Assembly: GCF_009914755.1 (NCBI RefSeq)
Contig: NC_060935.1
Reading direction: 5' to 3' (one strand)
Source: the human T2T-CHM13v2.0 reference genome, Homo sapiens
DNA: 64,000 bases
Shown: in pieces, positions 1 to 23,020 of the stretch
Position numbering within the stretch: position 1 is the first letter of the stretch
Layout of the letters: each line of letters begins with the position of its first letter
Translations under genes and position numbers: made by a program
Notes under the pieces: generated by a model
What the model saw: the letters and a program-made list of their open reading frames with translations, nothing else
Told to the model about the DNA's origin: nothing
Database searches by the model: none

Positions 1-53
1 GCCTGGAGGCTCCTCAGGTAGAATCCTGGGCTAATGGGAGGGGCTATCTCCTA

Positions 54-275
<222 letters not shown>

Positions 276-629
276 CTACCCCTCAACCACCCCTGAGTAG
301 TCTATGAAGGCGGCTTCTTCCTCAGGTCCCTGGCTGCCTCACCTTCACTTCCTACCCCTCAGTCTCATCCAACCATTCCAATTGCTTGAGTACCTCTCTC
401 CCTACTCAACCACACTCTATTATAGAGCAAAGGCCCCTCCTTCCAAGAAACCTTCCTAGATTAAGCCCAGCACTGTCTCTGATCTGCCTTTCCCACCAAG
501 TAGTTCTGTAATCCAGTATGGGATCTAAGTCCCAGCGCACCATCTGAAGCTTTCCCCCCATCATGTAGACATCAGGAATTTGCTTCATGATGAGGTTGTG
601 TTGTTAATTAATGGAAGAATGGAGTCTTA

Positions 630-2152
<1,523 letters not shown>

Positions 2153-2728
2153 TTAAAAAAATTTTTTTGTTGAAAATGTACTGTCTCTATTCCACCTCCC
2201 TCTTAGCCCCCGCAACGCCCCCAAATACTCAGCCACAACCCTCTTGGGTAGCCTAACGGGCCTTTCAATCTGTCATCCCAAGAAGGTGCTGCCCCCTTCT
2301 GGTGGCTAGAGCCTCTCACGTCCAGTTCTTGGGTATCCTGTTGGCTCTCCTGAATCAGACTGGCTACCCTGTTCCCAGAAAGGCTGTGTCACGTTTCTTT
2401 TCCAAAAGTGAACCATCATGTTGCCAACTGGGCCATCTGTGACTCTGGCCTATGGGCCGGTGAGGCTGTCCCCAGGGCCCAGCCTGTCCTCTCTTACATT
2501 ATTAATCAAGCACTGACAGTGCTCAGTCTCCCCAGCCAGCTCTGGCACAGTCATCCTCGCTCCAGATCATCTTTCTGCCATTCTAGCTCCCTTATCTTGG
2601 TTCTGTTGGTAGCGCCCCAAGACTCAGAGTAGGAAGGCTTCTTCACAGGGATCACCCTCAAGAGGTTAAAGATTTGCCACCAAACATGCCCTAGTTTTTC
2701 CTATTTCTATATTCTTCTAGCCCCTTTA

Positions 2729-8400
<5,672 letters not shown>

Positions 8401-8715
8401 TTATGAGAGCCTCCTCTAGCTTGCCTACTATAGAGGGCCCAGTCCCCATATGCATTTCTCAGGGTTCCCAGGTTTGTTGACATCACACTGGCATCTGGCC
8501 AGTCTCTGGCACAGTACCCTTTGTAATGACACGATGCATATATTTGACAACAGTTTCATAATGTTATATAAATGCTTTCAAAACTCTTGGGTAGATGCCC
8601 ATCTTATTCCAATGTAATAGCTCATTTGTTCATTTAGGTCTAAAACATTGCTTACTTCACCTAGCAGATATTGCTCACTTTACCTAGCAGATAAATAGAT
8701 CATACTTCACCTGAT

Positions 8716-9398
<683 letters not shown>

Positions 9399-9494
9399 TG
9401 AGAAAGAACATTTCTAACACCTGCTGCAGAAAGATCCATCAATACACACAATTAATTTTAATTTCTTTTCCTTCAAAGCCTTCCTCTTAGTCTC

Positions 9495-12215
<2,721 letters not shown>

Positions 12216-12719
12216 CTAAGGGGCCAGTCAAGACGCAAGACTCTCTGGGAAGCAAGTTTATGCGCCTACTCATCTTATGTTTCCATAATCTCTATTGTGT
12301 AGCCGACTTTCAGGGACTGAGAGGCAGTAATGTAAAAAGCAAACTGCTGCTTTCCTAATAGCTCCTCTACTGAAAGCCAGGTTGGTTCTGCACTAAAGGG
12401 TTGAGTTGGCTCAAAATTCTACATTGGCCCTGAGAGAGGGGTGATCCAACCAAAATAGAATTGATCCTCATAATGATAGAAGTGGATATTTTTCCTTTTT
12501 TTTTTTTTTTTTTTAACCAGAATTCAGTAATCAGAGGTAGAACTAGAACCCTAGCCCTGGCAACCCAAATCTAGCCTTGGGCTGTGAAAGTTGAGAGGCC
12601 CTGGAAGCACACCTGGCTCCAGTTTTCCTTATCTGTAAATGAGGGGATTGAACTGAATGAACTCCAAGGGCCTTACAATTCCCATAGGAGTCCTCTATTT
12701 TGATAGAAGGCCCCTCTCA

Positions 12720-13100
<381 letters not shown>

Positions 13101-13469
13101 TTACTGGACTGGCTTTGAGGAACGAGAGATAGCAGGATAGCAAAGTCATTGTTTCATATATATGGCCTTTCTCCAAATGATTGTGCCACTCTGCCAATTA
13201 CCCCTTCCCTTTCCTCCACTGTGTTCCCTCCCGCCCAGTGCTAAATCTCCTCAGTGGAATTCCTTCTCCAGTCATTTGATGCTGGGACAAACCACCTTGA
13301 TTCTCATTCACAGCTATATAACAAAGAATAAGCACCTTACGATTCTTAGAAAGAGCTTTACACACACGGTGATACTGAATCCACACTGCTAGGCAGCTGC
13401 ACGGAGAGAATGTGCGACTTGCCTAAGGTCGCACGGCCTGACTCGAAACCAGTAGCCTTAGAGTAGCCA

Positions 13470-14120
13470 CAATTGCTTCCCGAGTTTCTCCTCTCCGCCT
13501 CGAGCAGAGCTCGCTCACCGACACGGCTACACCCCACGCCCGGCGGAGCGCCCTGCAGCCAACCGCCGCTTCCCGCCAGTCCCCTCCAGCTCGGGGGTGG
13601 GCAAAGCGCCCGGAGCCCCTACCTAATCGTGCAACCATGGAAACCAGCCCGCCGGCTGCCACAGGGCTGCCGACTCACCAGCCTCGCGCGCTGCCAGGGC
13701 AACCGTGAGACGGGACTTCCGGCTCCCGGGGAAGTCCCGCCCCTCTCCGCCGGCCGCTTTTGTAGCCGTGGGAGGCGGGGCTTCAGCCCAGGGCGGGGTC
13801 CAGCACGGCGGGGCGGGGCGGGACGGGGCGGAGCCTTCCCGAGCTGCGAGGTCGCTGTCTCCTTGCGCTCGCCACTGGCTCTCTCTGCGGCAGGTTTCCC
13901 TCCGGTTACCGTGACCAAAGGGGAAAGACGCCTGCCTCCCTGCAGGCCCCAAGATGTGCCCCAGGGGATGCGCTGACTGCAGCCTCCGCTCGGCTCTCCC
14001 TTGAGACTGCAATCACAGCCCTCCGTGCACACCTTCACCACAGGCCATTTCACCCGCGAAGCGGCCGAGTGAGGCGGTCATCCAGCTGGCGCTGATTTTT
14101 ATCGCCCACAGCTCCTAGGA
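13470..14120. promoter_or_regulatory. BSCL2: CpG-island promoter and alternative non-coding first exon(s) of BSCL2
   Basis: High GC/CpG content; GC boxes and G-runs at 13769-13831; ETS ACTTCCGG; RFX-like boxes; minus-strand donor-like sites (GTGAGT ~13678, GTAGGG ~13622). Confidence 0.75.
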
Positions 14121-14525
14121 CCTGTAGGCATCTAAGGCGGGGGCATTCGCCTAGAGCATGTTGCAGTTTGCGGCAACCTGGGCCTCTTGCGTTGTTGCGC
14201 AGGCAGATTAGTGCCCTGTTCCCAGCGTGGTAGCATTGTGGACCTCCTCTGACCCTAACTGGATACACTCTCCCTCAGAGTCCCCACAGCACATTATCTA
14301 GACTAGCTTTTGGCAGTCTTCTATTTTGTAGACGTCTAATCACCCCAGATAAAGTCCTTCAGAGGCAAGGCCAGTGTTGTGTACATCTTTGCACACTGCT
14401 GCGGGCGTGGGAAGTAATCTATTCAAAATGAATGAAATTCTTAAAACCAATCCATCCCCCCGCCTTCACGCCAGCCCACCTATTTCCAGTATATTTCTGC
14501 TGACTGTCCCCACAAGGGCCCCTAC

Positions 14526-14612
14526 CTCCTCTTTGTCCGGTCCTTTGATCTGGTCTCCGCACACCTCTTTTTCCCCAGCTTCCTCCTTTTGGTCTACCTT
14601 TTCTGTAGACAT
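14526..14612 (-). CDS. BSCL2: First coding exon of the long seipin isoform (MSTEKVDQK...PDKEE)
   Basis: ATG at 14612, GAG|GTAGG donor at 14525. 87 nt, phase 0, joining in frame to the exon starting at 13037. Confidence 0.93.
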
Positions 14613-15069
14613 CTTCCTGACGAGCCTCTGTTGACTCTGGATCTTCCACTGAGTCACTTGTGGCTAAAACGTGAAGTGGCGATCCAGACGCTGATACCTG
14701 TGGCGCATCACATTTTCCTGGATATGGAAAATGGAGGGTCCCTGGGAGAGAAACGAAGATTCAGGTGCTAAGTGCTGTGTCAGAGTAGAGGGAGGAAAGG
14801 AGGAGGGGGGCGACTGCCCAGCTGATGTCAGATTTTCAAATGAGCAGGGTCCCCCGCAGCCAGTACAGACTCCACTGCAGGGGCCGTCATAGGCCCAGAC
14901 CACGCCATTTGAGAGGGGGAGTCGGCCTTGGCCTCAGCTCTGTTGGGGAGGTCTCTAGCCCAGAGTCAGGATGCCTGCAATGGGGGAGGGGCAGGCAGTG
15001 AACTAGCGACAGTGGGGGTGTGCGCAGGGATGCAGGCAGCTAGGCTCCCCCACTGGCCAGGCAGTTGGT

Positions 15070-15332
15070 ATGCTCCAGGATCTGAGCAGCTCCTTCTAGC
15101 ATCCTTCATCCTTCAGGTACCAGCCATCCAGACAGTGCTTGAGCTGCAGAAACTGAGACCAGACCTCTGGCCTGGCCCTCCCCAGGGGCCTCCTTTCCTA
15201 TAGTCACTGCTTCTGCATCAGATACTTTCAGCTGCAACTCCCTACTGGGTGGGGCACCCATTTCAGGCAGAAGGTTTTGGTACCCTCCACTGACCCTACA
15301 CCCAGGGCTGCTACTGCCGCTTGTGGCTTCAG
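15070..15332 (+). other. GNG3: GNG3 non-coding first exon (5' boundary approximate)
   Basis: Perfect donor CAG|GTAAGT at 15332/15333 upstream of the ATG-containing exon. The TSS cannot be read from sequence alone. Confidence 0.7.
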
Positions 15333-15712
15333 GTAAGTAATGGCCTGTTTTTCTCCTGTTGGGGCTCACTGGAGCAGACAGGGGTGATGTGCCCTCCTCA
15401 TCAGGGTTGGTTGAGGTCTTCAGAGCTGGGAACACACATGGTTTGAAGGGCTGAAAAGCCTTAAATCATTTGTGTAAGGTTTAATGATCTGTGGCCCAGG
15501 CCATGAGGGAGTTTGGGGAGCACCTCATCCCACCCTATTTTTTTCCATGAGGAATACAGGGATGAGACAGTCCACTGGAGGAGGAGGAGGAGGATAGGAG
15601 GGGAACAAAATATTGGGGTATGACCACAGCCTTGTAAAGGTTGGTGTGGAGTGAGCATGGAGGGGGGCCTCCAGCTGAGACTGTGCTCTGAGAGGTCCCT
15701 CTTTTTTCCAGG

Positions 15713-15811
15713 ATGAAAGGTGAGACCCCGGTGAACAGCACTATGAGTATTGGGCAAGCACGCAAGATGGTGGAACAGCTTAAGATTGAAGCCAGCTTGT
15801 GTCGGATAAAG
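15713..15811 (+). CDS. GNG3: G-protein gamma-3, coding exon 1 (MKGETPVNSTMSIGQARKMVEQLKIEASLCRIK)
   Basis: Translated by hand. Acceptor TTTTCCAG|G one nt before the ATG; donor AAG|GTAGGT. Confidence 0.97.
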
Positions 15812-16094
15812 GTAGGTGGGACCCTGGCTGGCTCCCATTAGTTGGCCAGGCTGTGCTGTGCTGCAGGTTCCCAAAGCTCAAGATAAGAGATGCGTTCTTT
15901 CCTTCACTCCCTGAGGTCAGGGGAGGAGTCTGGGGCTCTGTAGAGAGAGCTGTCCCCAGGCCTCTGGGGGGGATGAGGGAGAAGACAAGTCGTAAGGAGC
16001 CCTGGAGATGGCAAAAGAGAACCCATTTGGGGAGGGAGGCTGCAGTCCCCTTCAGAGGTCCTGGCTAACAATACCCTTCCTGGCTGTGTCCCAG

Positions 16095-16223
16095 GTGTCC
16101 AAGGCAGCAGCAGACCTGATGACTTACTGTGATGCCCACGCCTGTGAGGATCCCCTCATCACCCCTGTGCCCACTTCGGAGAACCCCTTCCGGGAGAAGA
16201 AGTTCTTCTGTGCTCTCCTCTGA
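16095..16223 (+). CDS. GNG3: G-protein gamma-3, coding exon 2 (VSKAAADL...KKFFCALL*)
   Basis: CCAG|GTG acceptor; G-gamma DPL and NPF motifs; C-terminal CAAX box CALL; total 75 aa. Confidence 0.97.
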   Translation: MSKAAADLMTYCDAHACEDPLITPVPTSENPFREKKFFCALL

Positions 16224-16596
16224 GCTCCCCTGTCCCTTCTCACAACTCCTCCCTTTTCCCTCTCCTGGGCCCTTCCTTAGGTCAGTAATTGTTGTGAGCC
16301 CCTTAGGCTCCTTGCATCCCATCCCTAACCCTTGCCTGACCATGTGAGGTTATCTGAAGCACAAGGCCCACCCTCACCTATCTGTCGACCCCATTTCCTA
16401 CCACCTTTGTGGCCGACCCCAAGCACCCCAGAGATATGAGGCACCCTTTGCTCCACCCACAGCAGGGCCCCGTCAGACTCTGCCAGCGCGTCCTGCCCGC
16501 TTCCCTCGGTGACCTGCTCAGACAATGGAGAGGGATGGGCCAGGTTCTTGCTCTCAGTCTCACCTGGAGCTACTGGGAGGGTAAAGCCATTTGAAG

Positions 16597-16602
16597 AATA
16601 AA
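16597..16602 (+). terminator. GNG3: GNG3 polyadenylation signal AATAAA
   Basis: First canonical hexamer I found after the stop codon, ~370 nt downstream. Confidence 0.8.
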
Positions 16603-16899
16603 GTCATCCAGAGCCTCAGGACAGCTCCTGTGTTAGAATTCTTGGGGGGAGAGGATCATCAAGCAATAGATCTGCCATACCCAGGGAAAAGGGCCAATCA
16701 ATGCAGGCTAGACATCGTCAAGGATCGGAGATCAGAGGGGTCGGGGGATGGCGGGCGCGAGAGAGCGTCCACAGTGTAAGAATTAAGTACAAAAGACGCT
16801 CAAGAGGCTGCGAAGAGCAAACACACACACACAAACGTGCAACGAAGCCAAGTTAAAAGGTAAACAGGCCGAAGAGGGGGGATTTAGGGGAGGGTGCGG

Positions 16900-17420
16900 G
16901 AGTGCAGTCGTACAGCAGAGGAACTCTTAGGAGGGTAGGGGCGGAGCTTGGCTTCAGTTACCGCGACTGGAGCCGATTTTATACCTAAGATGGCTGCGCC
17001 CACAGCCACTCCCATTCCAAGATGGCCGTACCAACATGGCAGCCCCCACGTCACGGAGTTTACCGTACAGGGCTTCTCTTAAAATGGCGGCCCCCAGGCA
17101 ACCGGCGTTCTCAATATGGTCCCTTCCGCCCTCTTCTGGTCTCAAAATGGCTGCCCCTGCCCTAACCAAGCCGGGGCCCGCGCCCTGCAACCCCGAAATC
17201 TGGATTTCGGTGTCCTCCCGATTGAGTCGAAGGCACACGGGCGGCCATAACGAAGAATCACTAAACAAGGGGACCCCAGGAAGCACAGCGTGGCCGACGC
17301 TGGTCGCGTGGATCTTGCGAGGGAATCTAGGTTTCTACATTTTGCCAAGAAAGGAGAGGCTCCCTTTGGAGCGGAAATATTAGCGGCAGGGGGTTAACCC
17401 CCGACCCTGTCCGTCTCGGT
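16900..17420. promoter_or_regulatory. CpG-rich promoter-like element with clustered YY1 motifs; probable distal BSCL2 promoter
   Basis: CpG-rich; GC box ~16938; repeated AANATGGC motifs; CACGTCA at 17047; minus-strand donor-like GCG|GTAACT at 16962 and TAG|GTATAA at 16985. Confidence 0.65.
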
Positions 17421-18520
17421 GCACCGCTCCTCAGTTGCTTCCTGGTCTTCCCAGGAGCTGGATAAGCCTGAAGTTGCTCAGTTTGGGTTTCCTAGTAGAA
17501 CTGGGGCTTGTTTTTGCTTTCATTTTCCCCTCAGGCCGATTCAGCCACAGCAGCCAGAAAGCAGTGGCCGCACCCCTAATGTGCCTTGCAAAAGTCCAGC
17601 ATGCTGTCTGGGCAGGGACCAAACTTAAGGCTTAACATGTCATGGTCATCTCCAGGACTCAAACATGGCGGAGGTTTACGAACACCAGAATGCCTCCTAG
17701 AATCTTTTCCTTCCAAGGGTGCACAGAGGCGAGATGGGACCAGGGACAAGACAAAGAACGTAACAATCCCAGTACGTGTGCTCCTGCTAGAGGTCCCCTA
17801 AACTCAGGGACGCATCCTCCCCAGGAAAAGCCTAGGCTGGCTCCTGTTTTGTGCCTGGATATACTTCGGGAAGGGAGGCTGCTTTGAAATAGTAGGGACA
17901 GCTCATTACCTCCAGCTTCCAGGTATCTTTGCACAGAAGACAGCAAAGTGGATAAAGGAAACCAAAGGAAGAAAGGTTGTTATCACCAGCAACTGAACTT
18001 AGCCTCCTAAGGATATCTTCATGAATTCCAGGGACACCCAGTGAACTTGGGTCACCTTAAGGTGTCCCAAGCAACTTTTTACTGTTGATGGAACTTCTGA
18101 GCTCTAAGAAGTCCTGGAGATCTTCTAATTAATTCCCTCATCCTAGAGATGAAGAAACGGGAGAAGTTTGCCCTCCTGGAGTGGGACCCTACCCCCATTC
18201 TGTTGCGGAGGAGCCTCAGTTCCTTCTTGGCACGGTGAAAATTCCAGGAAGGATCAATCAGGTCAGGTCCGTTTTAATCCCTGTATCCTGATAATGGCAC
18301 ATATCAGGCACCCAAATACCCAATGAATAGATTGTACTGTACATGCTTAAATGGCAAATGTGGCATGGCAGGGACCAAGCACCTTGCCTCCCTCACCCCC
18401 ACTGTATCACGGTGTTGGGCAAGTTCCAGGGGAGTAAGTGAAATTTTCCACAACAGCTCAGACATGGTTAAATAAAAAAAAAAAAATTAGAGTGTTTAAT
18501 AAATGTAACCTTGATTTTTA

Positions 18521-19642
<1,122 letters not shown>

Positions 19643-20063
19643 TCAAACTTCTGTTGAATGAGTGGGCTTTCCCCCTAGCAGTAATTATTCATGAATATAC
19701 TTATTTGGCTCCACAATGTACATTTAACTTCAAGCATCCAACTAGTTTTTGCATAGGCCAAATACAGAGGTCGTGAGTTATAATTTATTCTCCTATACTT
19801 CAATGGCTCGACTCTTGGCCTAAGCAAGCACTAAATAGACTAATAACTACCCACCCATGTCAACTGACTGCATGGCTGGCTCCCAAGTGAAGGCATGGTA
19901 GAATAGGGAGGGAACGGCAGCCACCATGCAAGAGAGTCCTCCTTGGTTGGAGCCCATGCGACCTGAGAAAGAGGCATTAAAAAATGAATAAATAACCCAG
20001 TGACACCCTCCGCCCCAGTCAGTGCAGCCACAGGAGATAGGGTGAATTCAATCCAAATGGTTA

Positions 20064-20069
20064 TTTATT
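20064..20069 (-). terminator. HNRNPUL2: HNRNPUL2 distal polyadenylation signal AATAAA
   Basis: TTTATT on + strand at the end of a ~2.6-kb Alu-free 3'UTR-like stretch. Confidence 0.7.
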
Positions 20070-22194
20070 CTAAAACTGGAAGCTACTTTGCCTACATTTT
20101 CGCCAGAATGGTGTAATGAGAACAGGGGAGGAAAAAGTTACAGATGTAAACAATGACACAGTTACATTTTTTTTTTAAATGGTAAAACCCCTTTTTACTG
20201 GCCACTTCCAAGAATGCTTTACAGGTTGTGCAAAAACATTTACAGGCTCCATGTGGTGTTTTTCTCACAAGCTTTCCTGTCTACAACTACAACAGACGTC
20301 TGATAAAACACTAAACAAGTCTTCTAAGGAAAACAAGGCTAGGGATTCCTCTGGTTACCATAATCCACATTTTCCCCCTTAACATAGTTTTTCATAATAA
20401 AAAGACAGAAACAAAACCCGGACATCTACTGTTGTTGCAAATGATCTCTTGGACTAAACCAACAAGGATGTGGCAGTTTCACTTTCCACCCACCTAGAAA
20501 AACAGTTTTGTAAAAAAGATTACTTTCTAGTGTCAAATATCAACAGCGAGTACCTCCCCTAACCCCTGCTGGAAAAAAACTCAACTTGATTTAGTTTAGT
20601 CCCCTTGCCCCTAAGGGCCCTAGCATCCCCATCCATGTCACAGACTACAAGAAAGATGCTATTTGCAGGACTAAACATCTGAAAAGGGGTGGCAGCCACT
20701 GCCTCAGGAAATTCAATTTTCTATTATAACATAATCTTGCCCTAAGGGAATTTCTTTGGGCTCCAGTTTTTACCTCCTTGCCTTGACATTATAAGCAAAG
20801 CTTTCTCAAACTCCCTTAATAATAATACAAAGTTAATGTGTTACAGAAAAATTCATGCAATCACTCCACTGCCACACAGAAATCCATTTGAGGACACCGC
20901 AGGGAAGCAGGTGCCAAGAGAAAGGACATGACTATGAGTAAGCAAACTTATCTCCTACCAGCCCCATTCCAGCCTTGGGGTCAGAGGTATTTGGGCGGAA
21001 GGGTGTGTCATGACAGACAAGGACACTAGAGGCCAGAATAAGGGTCTGTACACCTGAACAAGGGCTGCAGGGCAGTAACAGTGGGAGGAGGAGAGGAAGA
21101 CCAAATCAGCCCACAATTTTAAACAGAGAACTGCCCAGGTGAGGAAATGGAAGTGAAGCATTTTCTAGTGGCACAGATTTTCTCACTAGGAACTGCTGCA
21201 GTATGTGGTGTCTGCTGAGTAAGCTCTTGGCTGACAGTGCTGAGCAGGAGGATGAATGAAAACTGAAGCTAGACATTGAAAGAGCATTCCATATCCCACC
21301 CATATTCTTGAACCCAGCAACCTACAGCTGTCTATCAAGAACTGGGAGGGTATTGGTAAAGTCACAAATGAAACTATCCCAACTGAAGGCTCCTGGCTAG
21401 AGGCCTCTCTGGGGACACACAGGGAAAGCGCCCCAAAAGGAATTTTGTTTCTAGAAGTCGGGAAGGGGTGCTCCCTTTCACACGCACATTTACACACGTT
21501 CACACTCACACTCTTCCCAAGGTTCAGCAGCCCCACTGAGCTGCCTCCCACCCCCCCCCACCACCCTCCCCTCTTCTATTCATTCTCTACCTGTGTATCA
21601 AAAAAACCAGCAGGGCACGAGCCCTCCACACTGTAGAAAATAGTTGCTAGTTGCTATTCTCAGCACCTGGGCCTGTGAGCCCACACCACAGGATTCACCT
21701 ATATACATATCCCGCTGCAGTGAAAAGAATCCTGCTGTGTTTTCGTGTGAGCTGAAACCCTGAGAAACGTTCCTTCTCTCGCACTGTAAGAGGACAGACA
21801 CTCTAACAGGGATGATTTCAGAGACCTCCCACCTCTCTCAACCTTGGAAGACAGAGACTAGAGACTGGCAAATCACAATCTTTAGGCTGAGGGCTGCAAT
21901 CCCATTCTCCCCAAGATTTTACAGGAATTAATCAATGGGTCTATAGAAGGGGCAGGCTATTCTGCTCTGCCATCAAGGACAGTCCCCAGGCTTTCTTGGC
22001 CTGGGAATCCTGTAAAATAGAACCACCCACTGGCAGTCTCCATGCCTCAGCCAAACAGCACAAAGGCACAGGAAAATGGAGAGTTGGGACACTGTAAGCC
22101 TCCCAGCCCACCAGACCACATATCCCAAAAGGGAAAGGTCGGTAAAGAAAATACAAACGGTTAGTTGGTGCAAGTGATTGATAAGAGCCAATCG

Positions 22195-22200
22195 TTTATT
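22195..22200 (-). terminator. HNRNPUL2: Candidate proximal HNRNPUL2 polyadenylation signal
   Basis: AATAAA on - strand followed ~40 nt later by GU/U-rich GTTTGTATTTTCTTT. Confidence 0.5.
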
Positions 22201-22711
22201 TTCACTGTCCCAGTCACAAGCTCTCCCTCTGTCCCCACTCCTGCCTGCTCCTACCTGCTGTGGAGAGCACCCTCGCGCTGCCTCCCCACCCTCCCCACAC
22301 CACCTCATCACTCTCCTTTACTTGGCTGCCAGTCCAGCTGCCTCAGAATGTCAGAAGGGTGCCATTTTCAGTTCTTTTCCTGTCTGACTGTAGGGTATAG
22401 AACAGGCAGCCCTAAGTGCTGCTTTCTGCGCAAATGTTTTTTGATTACAAATCTCTAACTAGGTTTGAAATGTTTTATAGAATAAGACAATATTCTTTTC
22501 AACAAACTTTAAAAAAAATGTACAGTTTTGTTGTTTGTTTCCACCTCCCCCCTCCCCCACCCCTGCTTGAGCACCCTCCCCCCCCACCACCCCTCCCCGG
22601 CAGCTCAGCCCCACCCCGACAGCCCCTGTTTTCCTTGGTTGTGTTTTGCGGGGGTGCCTGGCACCCCCAGAGATTCAGCTTCATGGCTGACAGGTGACCA
22701 TGGCAGGGGCT

Positions 22712-22792
22712 TCACCGATACCCTTGGTACCCGTAGTAATTCCTGTAGTATCGGTCTCTGTCCTGGGGGTGGTGGTAGTAGTAACTCTGCCA
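22712..22792 (-). CDS. HNRNPUL2: hnRNPUL2 exon 14 (WQSYYYHH...GYQGYR*)
   Basis: TAG|TGG acceptor; TGA at 22714-22712. Summed CDS is 2244 nt = 747 aa + stop. Confidence 0.95.
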   Translation of the reverse strand, partial: WQSYYYHHPQDRDRYYRNYYGYQGYR

Positions 22793-22912
22793 CTAGAAGA
22801 GAGGGAAACCCCATCACTTGGAGCCAGAGCTGGCTGAGGATGAAGAGGCATAACACTCATCCTTCTGCTCCTGCCCCCCTTCACCCTGTGTCTATCCCAA
22901 GAAGATACTCAC

Positions 22913-23020
22913 ATCCCGATTGTATTGTCTGTAATAGTCTCTGTATCTGTTGTACTCATAATCTCGCCCGTAAAATCGATCATAGTCTCCCCTGTATCGA
23001 TCATAGAAATTACGGTAACC
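22913..23020 (-). CDS. HNRNPUL2: hnRNPUL2 exon 13 (Y/R/D-rich GYRNFYDR...YNRD)
   Basis: CAG|GGT acceptor, GAT|GTGAGT donor; 108 nt, phase 0-0. Confidence 0.95.

Noticed and set aside
13423-14053. Arg/Pro/Gly-rich ORFs in the BSCL2 CpG island
   Set aside because: Compositional artefacts of GC-rich promoter DNA.
15945-16630. REST/RE1-like half sites (GAGCTGTCC ~15947, GGACAGCTCC ~16619) in neuronal GNG3
   Set aside because: Only the right half of RE1 is present; no matching TCAGCACC half at canonical spacing.
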